Shown: positions 43,506 through 54,600 of the stretch, piece after piece
How positions within the stretch are numbered: the first letter of the stretch is position 1
Layout of the letters: each line of letters begins with the position of its first letter
Origin: Macrostomum lignano
Taxonomy: Eukaryota
Length of the DNA: 64,000 bases
Assembly (NCBI GenBank): GCA_002269645.1
Contig: NIVC01000757.1
Span: 210,298-274,297 of the forward strand
Direction of reading: 5' to 3'
Notes under the pieces: generated by a model
What the model saw: only the letters and a program-made list of their open reading frames with translations
The model's database searches: none
Told to the model about the DNA's origin: nothing
Made by a program: the position numbers and the translations under genes

Positions 43506-44244
43506 CCATCTTTGATCAGCTTTTTATGACCAACTATTTATTTATAATCAACTATGATTGTCTATGATAACCTACTGTCACCTAAGATTAACTATGGCCG
43601 CTTACAATTATCTACTGTTACATATGATTACATTTTATCCCATTTGATCCCCTTTGATTACTTAGGATCACCTATAATCAACTATGATTATTATGATAAC
43701 CTACGATAGACTATGCGCACCTAATTACCTACGATTATTTCTGATTACCTATGATCAACTATGATTATTATGATAACCTAAGATAGACTATGCTCACCTA
43801 ATTACCTATGATTATTTCTGATCACCTATGATTATCTATGATCACCTATGATTATCTATGATCACCCGTGATCAGCTATGATTATACCTATGAGTACGTG
43901 CGTTTATGATTATATTATAATAATTTTGGTCTTTTTAGTTTTTACGTTTAGTAATTTCTATAGGCACCACTTAATTGACTCACTTGCAATAATTTTTGTG
44001 TGTTGTATTTTTTACAGATGGGCTTTTTCTGATGTGTTTGTTTCTTAGCAAAAAAGCAATCTTTTTAAATCTCTAATACAATACTCATCCTACGCTTTTT
44101 GTAATATTTATACAATCTTTAATTCTTTTACGAGCGTATACATTATTAGCTAATCGTTTTACTGTCGTATGTACGTTTAAAATACATTTTTATTCATTCA
44201 TATCCTACAGTACACCCCAAAAATGATGGTTTTATCTAAAATTG

Positions 44245-44615
44245 GGGGTGATCTGGAATGGGGGGTTGATCTGAATGGGGGGTTGATCTTAAATGGGGGG
44301 TTGATTTTGAATGGGGGGTTGATCTTGAATCGGGGGTTGATCTTGAATGGGGGGTTGATCTGGAATGGGGGGTTGATCTGGAATGGGGGGTTGATCTCGA
44401 ATGGGGGGTTGATCTGGATTGGGGTTGATCTGGATTGGGGTTGATCTGGATTGGGGTTGATCTGGATTGGGGTTGATCTGGATTGGGGTTGATCTGGAAT
44501 GGGGGGTGGATCTGGAATGGGGGTTGATCTGGAATGGGGGTGATTTGGAATGAGGTTGATTTAGAATGGGGGGTGATTTGGAATGAGGTTGATTTAGAAT
44601 GGGGGTTGATCTGGA
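44245..44615. repeat. 16-19 bp G-rich tandem repeat
   Basis: ggggttgatctgga(a)t units. Confidence 0.9.
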
Positions 44616-45129
44616 ACGGCCGTTTGAATGGAATTAAGGTTTGATCTGTATAGTGTAATCAGAGCCAGTGGCAGAAGCTGATTTCCATATATGGACAAAT
44701 ACACAATGCAATTAAGAAGCTTGCAATGAACAGTCTTAAATCAGCCTGCGCAGTTAGGAGAAATTCAATCGCATGAATTGGCATTGAATTTCATCCAAAG
44801 AACGCGTTCTATTCGAGCTCTAATTGGCTACATTTAGCACATTTTCACGAGTGGACAATGTAACAGTTTCCTTTAAGGATGAGCAGACATTACAGTTCGA
44901 TATTTTATTGTGATTTGACATCCAAACGAAAGCGATCTTACTCTTTCCGCGATGGAGTCCATCCAGTTATGCGACACGAAAGCAGCCTGATCAGGCACGA
45001 TATTCGTTAGGATTATCCCAGCATTGTAGAATCTCATGACCTCAGAATTCCATGAAATGGATTAATAAAATCTCACCCACTACTACTCTTATCTAACTCC
45101 GATTTACCGGTTCCAACTTTGAATCCCAC

Positions 45130-45440
45130 CCCATGAGATGCTGTTTCTTACTCTAATCTCACCACTGAGATGCTGTTTCTCACTCCAATCTCACCCCTGA
45201 GATGCTGTTTCTCACTCCAATCTCACCCCTGAGATGCTGTTTCTCATTCTAATCTCACCTGTGTGATTCTTTCTCTCTCTCCAACCTCATCCCTAAAATG
45301 CTGTTTCTCACACCAATCTCATGCCGTTTCTTACTCCAATCTCACCTCTGAGATGCTGTTTATCATATCTCACTCTTATCTCAACCCTGAGATGTTGTTT
45401 CTTACTCCAGTCTCACCCTGAGATGTTGTTTCTTATTCAA
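45130..45440. repeat. ~32-bp degenerate tandem repeat
   Basis: ctgagatgctgtttctcactccaatctcaccc units. Confidence 0.8.
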
Positions 45441-46664
45441 ATGTTATCGATTATGTGAAAAATTAAAAAACGAGTAAAAGCACAGAAGTTGTTTGAGTAA
45501 GCGCACAGTTAGCGGAGATTGTACACACACACGCACACACGTACGTATAATAAATATATTAATTAATCTCCAAATCAGTCAGTAGACAAATGCCAAGGCT
45601 ACAAGCAATTAACAGTCTATACGAAAGCAAATCAACATATATTTATATATTATCATGAATTTATAAATATTCTGTTGCAACAGAGCAGACAAATGTGCGA
45701 ATATAAATATTGCATTTTTTAATCAAGGTGATTAGATTAAATTCGAATGAATAATACAAATAAAAACTACTTTTTACTGAAGCATTACACAGGTAACAGA
45801 GAAAAACGGCAAAGTTATAACCGACAATAATATATATATATATAGTATAGATGAGGGAATGTTTAGGGCAAGCACTTTGAAAGTTTGTTTTTAAACAATT
45901 TTGTTTGTTTCTAACTTAGCATTGACTTTGAGTGGGCAAGTGTACTAAAAAATCTTCAGATTAATTAGGTAGACACAAATTTTTACAAAATTTTTTTACT
46001 AGACTACTAGCTAGCGGCAGCGAGTAAGTAGAACAGTGCGAACATGGCAACTATAATATACACAGAAAAGAATAAAAGTTACGCAATAAAGTGACTAAAA
46101 AAGTTCCGCTGCAGAGAAGACGCAAAAACAGAAAATTTATGAGATTAAAAAAAGTAATTAAGTCTTGCCATTGAGATGAAATCGGATTAGCAATATTTGC
46201 AAATCAAATAAGGAATAGAAAAACGTACGGTCCGAAATCTGTGGCCGAGAAGCGTAGAAAGTTGTTCATAAAAGCAGGAGTGAAAGCAAACAATAAAAAG
46301 CAATGTTAGTTAAGCTAATATTAATTATCAGTAAAATTAACGATTATTTATCGAAAAGTAAAGTAGAAAAAATATAATAAGTTTATCGCCAAACTTTTAA
46401 CTAATAAAGGAAAAACAAACGAGAGATAACTATGAGACTTTCATAGCGTCAATGTCGCAAGTTAAAAAAAATAAACAAGTAGAGAAATGAATTTTTAAGT
46501 ATAATTAAAAATCAGTCTAACTGACAGAATCAATTCAAGTTTACAGCATACGACGGGGGGATCGAAATGAGACAAAAGTACAAATAAGGTTGCAATGGCA
46601 AGTGGCAGCTGCTCAGTATGGGGGGTAGAGAGGTAGAGGTGCAGTGGGAGTGAAGTAGAGGTAG

Positions 46665-46666
46665 GC

Positions 46667-46717
<51 letters not shown>

Positions 46718-46776
46718 AAGACAGACAGACAGACAGAAAGACAGACAGAGAGACAGACAGACACACAGACAGACAC

Positions 46777-46810
<34 letters not shown>

Positions 46811-46855
46811 TGACAGACAGACAGAGAGACAGACAGACAGACAGACAGAGAGACA
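46665..46855. repeat. (GACA)n microsatellite
   Basis: Seen directly. Confidence 0.95.
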
Positions 46856-47314
46856 GGGGTGAAAGGGAGGTAAGAAAAGTGGAGCCAGTGTAAATAGTTG
46901 AATGCAATAAATTATATAAGCCAATAATAATCAGGATTAAGAAGATAATATAGCCATTAACAGTTGCGATTTCACCAGAGTTCGATATGTGCAAACAATT
47001 AATATGAAATTTTTAGCACGCTTAGTTAATCAGCAATAATTTGATATCAGTTTTGGTCTGTCATAATATTCTACTTACAAGCATTATAGGTAGTTCTACA
47101 ACAAAAGACTGACGTAAAAATATTTGTAGAAACACCTTAAAAGAGTCCCATTGTGCGCTTGGATCAAAAGAATTGGCTCTTAGAAAAGTGCAGCGCAGTA
47201 CGAGAATGGGCACAAAAGTTTACCATGTAAGCAGTGCACCTACATCACTAACTAGAATAATACACCCTAATCCATTCTGGCTGTAAAAATGCAATTCATT
47301 CGGCTTAAAAAATT

Positions 47315-47575
47315 AGCAATCCATTTAGCTAGATTAGCAACCCATTTAGCTGGATTAGCAATCCATTTAGCTAGATTAGCAATCCATTTAGCTAGACTAG
47401 CAATCCATTTAGCTAGATTAGCAATCCATTTATCTAGATTAGCAATCCATTTAGCTAGATTAGCAATCCATTTAGCTAGACTAGCTACCCATTTAGCTAG
47501 ACTAGCAATCCATTTAGCTAGATTAGCAATCCATTTAGCTAGATTAGCAATCCATTTAGCTAGATTAGCAATCCA
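47315..47575. repeat. 21-bp tandem repeat downstream of the ADAM stop
   Basis: agcaatccatttagctagatt, ~12 copies. Confidence 0.95.
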
Positions 47576-47619
47576 TATACAAAAAGCCAATTAAAAGTTT
47601 AGCCACGGTGGCAGAAGCC

Positions 47620-48051
47620 TCAAACAACAGTGCTGTGCAGCTGACCGGATGATCGCTGCGGTTGCTGGCCCAGCCTCAGGCCGTAAATCATTGACGGCTG
47701 CTGCGGAGGAGTCGGTGGCGGTCGCAGAGTTGTGCGCTTTGGCTGACGAACTTGAGGCGGCACCGCGGACCGATCGGTGAGCTGTCCGTCCGTGTAGGTG
47801 CTGCTGATAAGCTGGGCGCCGCTGATCATTGGGCGTTGGATGCCTGAGCTGTTTGGATTCTGGGACTGATGATGGTGCTGTTGCTGGGCAGCCTGATGCA
47901 GGGCATTGTGATGCTGCTGATGAAGCTGCTGCTGATAGCGCTGATCAATTGAGGCGCCGTTGAGCAGACGGCTGGGAACAGCGGGATGGGGATTTTTGCA
48001 GAGACACTGAGGCACACCGACGGAGACAGAGAGACAGACAGACAGACAGAC

Positions 48052-48124
<73 letters not shown>

Positions 48125-48199
48125 GGCAGACAGACAGACAGGCAGACAGACAGACAGACAGACAGGCAGACAGACAGACAGACAGAGAAACAGACAGGC

Positions 48200-48238
<39 letters not shown>

Positions 48239-48241
48239 GAA

Positions 48242-48288
<47 letters not shown>

Positions 48289-48315
48289 TACAGACGGACA
48301 GACAGGCAGACAGGC

Positions 48316-48348
<33 letters not shown>

Positions 48349-48411
48349 GGCAGACAGACAGACAGGCAGGCAGACAGACAGACTGACAGACAGACAGACA
48401 GACAGACAGGC

Positions 48412-48472
<61 letters not shown>

Positions 48473-48497
48473 GTCAGACAGACAGACAGACAGAGAA

Positions 48498-48550
<53 letters not shown>

Positions 48551-48553
48551 GAA

Positions 48554-48607
<54 letters not shown>

Positions 48608-51600
48608 GGACAGACAGGCAGACAGGCAGACAGACAGACAGACAGACAGACAGGCAGACAGACAGACAGACAGACAGACAGGCAGGCAGACAGACAGACA
48701 GACACTCACCGATCAGCCTGATCCCTAGCAGCTACAGCAGGCGCTGCAGTCGCGCCGGCGCCTCTGCCGGCAGCCGAGTTGGCGGCGGGCCGCCGGTGTT
48801 TCTTAGAAAACACGGCCGGCAGGCAGGGCAGGTCGCCCAGCCGAGATTTCACCCGGCCGTTCCGCCGGGCCAGCAGGGCGACGGAGACGGCGGCTCCGGC
48901 CAGCAGCAGCAGGGTCACAATCACTATGCCAGCGATGGCGCCGGCGCCCTGAGACCCGGAGCCGGTGGCGCCATCCCGGCCGGACTCGAATCCGACAGTT
49001 GCCGGTCCGCTGTCGACGCTGCCACCGGCGCCGGGCGCCAGACAGTCGGGCGGCGCCAACCCCCGCGGGCAATGACAGTTGCCTCTGGAATTGACTTTGC
49101 CGCCAGCAGCCAGACAGGCCCTGGCCGATGCGGCCAAAACCGACTTGCTGCGGCCGGGCGTCGATGCTTCCTCTAGGCTGTTCCGGCGGAAGTCGCCAGC
49201 TCGTAGACAGCGACCGGAGAGGCAGACTCGGTCGGGATCTGCTGCAGTCCCACAGCCGACACCGTCGGGCACGAGACCGGGGTCGCGGACCTGCGATTAA
49301 TTGTTGAAATATGTGTTTATTGAAAAGAGAAAATTATTTAGATATTTTCCTGAAGTCTATTTTTAGCAGAAAGTAATGTAAAATCGGCTTTGAAACCTTG
49401 ATATCAAAATCCATAGACTAGCAATCCATTAAGCTCCATAGACTAGCAATCCATCAAGCTCCATAGACTAGCAATTCATTAAGCTCCATAGACTAGCAAT
49501 CCATTAAGCTCCATAGACTAGCAATCCATTAAGCTCCATAGACTAGCAATTCATTAAGCTCCATAGACTAGCAATCCATTAAGCTCCATAGACTAGCAAT
49601 CCATCAAGCTCCATAGACTAGCAATCCATCAAGCTCCATAGACTAGCAACCCATCAAGCTCCATAGACTAGCAATCCATTAAGCTCCATAGACTAGCAAT
49701 CCATTAAGCTCCATAGACTAGCAATCCATTAATCTCCATAGACTAGCAATCCATCAAGCTCCATAGACTAGCAATCCATCAAGCTCCATAGCAATGCAGC
49801 AACGCACCAGCGGCCCATAGTCGTACAGCACAGCCCGGCAGACGGCTCCATTCGCAGCGTGGCTAATAGGCGTGTGATAGCCTGGCAGTCGGGCTTGGCC
49901 AGTCGCGTGCCCCAGATGCCCGCCGGGGCCATCGATATCTGAGACCAGCTGATTGTACAGCCCTGCGGCTGCCGACGCTCCGGCGGAGAATCCGGTTGGC
50001 GATCGGCACATCAGCCTGCCGCAGCGGGCGTGACCGCTGGAGCCGATGCGACCGGAGCCGGGGCCAGACTGGGGGCACATCTCTCGGACGGTGGTGACAG
50101 TGCCGATGCGGCCGAATTTGCAGCCAAATATGTGAGCCGAGTCCTGAGTGTGCAACAGAAATGGAGATGAAAATCAGACCACTAGAAAATTCTACGAAAA
50201 TCATAGAGGAAATCGCATGCAAACACTGGGGAAATCACATGCAAACACCGGGGAAATCCAATGCAAACACTGGAAAAAATCCCATGCAAACACCGGGAAA
50301 TCCCATAGAAACACTGAGGAAAATCCCATGCAAACACCGGGGAAATCCCATGCAAACACCGGGGAAATCCCATGCAAACACTGGTGAAAATCCCATGCAA
50401 ACACTGGGGAAAATCCAATGGAAACACCGAGGAAATCCAATGCAAACACTGGAAAAAATCCTATGCAAACACCGGGGAAATCCCATGGAAACACTGAGGA
50501 AAATCCCATGCAAACACCGGGGAAATCCCATGCAAACACCGGGGAAATCCCATGCAAACACCGGGGAAATCCCATGCAAACACCGGGGAAATCCTATGGA
50601 AACACCAAGGAAATTCCCATGCAAACACCGGGAAAATCCAATGAAAACACCGGGGAAATCCCATGAAAACACCGGGGAAATCCCATGGAAACACTGAGGA
50701 AAAATCCCATGCAAATACCATGGAAATCCCATGCAAATACCATGGAAGTCCCATGCAAACACTGGGGAAATCCCATGAAAACACCGGAAATCCCATGCAA
50801 ACACTGAGGAAATCCCATGGAAACACCGGGGAAATCCCATGGAAACGCCGGGGAAATCCCATGGAAACACCGGGGGAAATCCCAGGGAAGCACTGGAGAA
50901 ATCCCATGGAAACACCGGGGAAAATTGTTTACAAAACATAGTAGCCAGTTAACCTACCGGATATTCCACATTAAGCGCGTAGCAGTCGGCACCCTGCGAT
51001 CGGGACCCGGGTCCCCAGACAGTTCTACAAGCGGAATCAGCCGACGGGCACCGACCCTGCCGACAGAAATTTTCTCCACCGTCGCAGGCGGTGCCGTCCA
51101 ACTGCCAGACGTCGGCGGGGCAGGAGTCGGCGACACCGTCGCAGTGCTCCGATAGGTCGCATTCGCCGCCAGCCGTGCGACAAACGGTGCCGGATGGGCG
51201 CGGGCGGCAAACAGACAGGTCACAACAGGAGCCAGTGGCGCAGGTGGCGTTGTGAGCCAGCTGACACGTGGCAGCCTGAAGAAAGGAATAGGATAATTCC
51301 ATTTTCTGGTATTTCTACTGGTATTTTCTGGTATTTTCTCTGGTATTTCTACTTTCTGGGGGGAGTGGTGCTAATCTGGGGGGAGTGGTGCTAATCTGGG
51401 GGGATTGGTGCTAATCTGGGGGGAGTGGTGCTAATCTTATATTAGAAGAAGTGATTTGCATTCTCCCCCTACCAATAATGCTTCTACTTTAGATTGATAT
51501 GTACAAGTTTTTAAACCATCAAAATTATATGTACTTTCCTACTTCTCTCCGCTCACTATTATACAGTTTGCGTAAAATAGTTTGGTTCAAATAAATTTCG

Positions 51601-54600
51601 ACCATGAAGATGTCAAATAGTTGGACGAAATGCATCCGCAACATGAAAGCTGAGGAAAGAACAGTTAAAAGTTAATCAACATTGTCCTGAGGCTTCTCCA
51701 CATAGTCACCACTGTGATGCACACTTCTGCCATCGGCTGTGCATGTCGACGTCGTCAATGTCGTGAATCAGCAAAATCTGAGCGCGGCATCTCTTGAAGG
51801 AGAACTTGGCGAGTCAATGCTTCCAGGCTCCCACGGCAAGCAAAGATTTGTCCATGCAGCAGCTTCTTCCTCTTTGGAAAGAAGGCAAAGTCAGCTGTTG
51901 AGAAATCCGGAGAGTAGGGTGGCAGTGAGAGCAGCACAAAATTTGCCTGCTCGATTGTCTCCTCCGTTTTCTTGGCCGTGTGGGACGTGCGTTGTCGACA
52001 TGCACAGCCGATGGCAGAAGTGTGCATCACAGTGGTGACTATGTGGAGAAGCCTCAGGACAATGTTGATTAACTTTTAACTGTTCTTTCCTCAGCTTTCA
52101 TGTTGCGGATGTTTTGTTGATTCGTTGAATGTTTCGTTGTTTCGTGCATCAGGTACAAAGCTTTGGTCTATGGCAATTTGAAAAGTAGCACAGGGGGTGG
52201 GGCAGAAAAGTGCTCATATCTCAAGAACGCCAGCAGATACAGAAATAAACAGAGTCATTTTAACGGGCGGATAATTCTCTTTTCAACTGAAAAAGACTTA
52301 ATATTTCTGATCGGTCAAAAAAGACTGTAGTGAAGAAAGTGCACCGACTTTTGGGACACCCCTCGTAGGTAACTAAAACTTCATGTTGATATTGACTTTT
52401 ATTTGTCAATTTCCACACTCTAATTTTTACTTAATGGAACCTGAGATCTGGATGCAGTTTTATACAAAATTGTGCAAATTCCGTTACAGTCAGATTTTCC
52501 CAATCTAAACCCAGGTTAGTCTTTGTGATTTGAGCAGAATTCAGATCCGGTTGTAAAAATCAAATAAGCAATCTACAGGTAGCAGCAGCTCTACTTGTGA
52601 GAGTTGGCATCCGGCATCGGGTTGGTGCGACATGCAAACGGCAACTGCAAACTCTGATATTTAACCCCGCCAACACTGATGGCACGCCAGGCGTGCCATG
52701 GGTCTCATTTAACCATACACTGAGAATACGTGTCTATGGCCCAGATGGTTTAGCATAAATATGACTTTTCGACATCCCCATAAGTCACGGATGGCATGCT
52801 GTGCGTACCATGTTATTGTTTCGCAATTTTTTAACTATATTTGACTGCAAGTACAGGATAGATAACAAAAACTTTAAAAGCGGACAACAAAAGAACAAAA
52901 AACAATTAGGAAAACAATATTTAAAACATCGATGAGGCATTTAGAAGGAGCGTTTTGAATTTCGTATTCTGAACGTAATTAAGTTTTGCACCGTACCACC
53001 AGTGCAACTACTGTGCTGCTGCAGTGTGCCAATTCTGAAAGCATGGGACAGCACACAGCCCGGGCTCTCCTGGGCAACCAGCGCATACGAACACCGTTCT
53101 TTTGGCCACACCATTGCTGTAGCAGACTCTGCATCGCTTTGTCGGCCTCGCATTGGCATCTGTCGGCGGCAGCTTCGATGGCGCGTGCTGTGAGATGGCC
53201 TTGCGCTTCGATGTATTCAGACGTTTGCCCCGGCCTGTCTGCTCCATGAGAGTACGGATCGCAGCTTCCAAAAATTCAACGAATTTGATATCGCTTCCTC
53301 CTTGGCAATTGCAGATCCAGGCATTGCGGACCAACTGCAGCAAAATGTGGAACCCGAGCTTCTGGTGCCATCTGTATGTTCTTCTCCCCGCACTGTAAGG
53401 CTGCAGTGCTGCAGCAAGGCGATCAACGCCTCCCATGTACTTATTGTACTGCAGCACCGAATTCGGTTTTAAAACTGACTCTTCCGCTCCGCCTCGGATC
53501 ACTCGCCTCACTTCCGTGCTTTCAGCAACACCGTACGTGTCCAACAAGTACACAGTTTTGCGACCGCTTGCCTTCCTGTCTACCAGCTTGACTGCGAGAA
53601 CATCGCCGCGGCGCATCTGGGAGTGACTGACGGGTTGCAGGGGCAGCACTTTCAGCTCATTCGGCACACCTCGATTGGGCCTCACCGTCCCAGTCAGTAA
53701 AGTACTGCGTTCCAGCAGAAACGGCGCCAGACGGAGCGATGTGAACCAGCTGTCACAGAAGACCTTGTACCCTAGGTCCAGCAAATTTTTACTCAATTCA
53801 ACGACGATCTTCTCGCTCATCGATAAATTACCGCAGTTTAATCCATCTCCAAACTTGTCGTTATCCTGCTTAGCAGCATGTACATGAAAGTTCCACAGAA
53901 AACCTGTCGAAGCTTCCGTCAAGCAGTAGACCTTGATGCCGAATCTGGCACGCTTGTTGGGCATGAACTGCCGGAAAATGAGCCTGCCCTTGTACATGAC
54001 CAGTTCTTCATCGACAGACACCTCTTGACGTGGGCTGTAATTTGCTTGGCAAATATCGCGGACAATGTTAAGAAAGTGCTGCAGATAGAATTGCACCTGG
54101 GCCATTTTACCTTCAGGAGCTTGTGCTTGGATGTCTGGGTTCAGGCCAGGCACAGCGAGGAATTCGGGCAGATCGCTGAGACGCGAATCTTTACCATCTT
54201 GAGCAGTTGTCCATTCATTCTCGTTGGCGAACTCGACTCCATGCTCAGCTACTTCACCATTACTCTCACCATCTTCCTCGTCCAGCAACTCTTCATCGAC
54301 ACTCATATATTCGCTGTCGCAGCCGTCGCTGGTGAAAACAGAACCTTCCACTATTGCAATTGCAGCATCATCAATGTTGTTAGCCATGATTTTGAGTCTC
54401 GCGTAAGTTTAATTAATTATACAGTCATGTTGGACAAGTTTGTGGTATCAGTAAAAATTTACTGCATGATTCTGGACTGTTTTTACCATAGACAGTTTTA
54501 AAATAAACTGTAGTATCAGTCAAGCGCAAATTTTAGGACAGTTGGAACTCAATAGTTAAGTAAACCAGTCAGTAGTCTATGGGAATTTCTTGAGCCGTAA

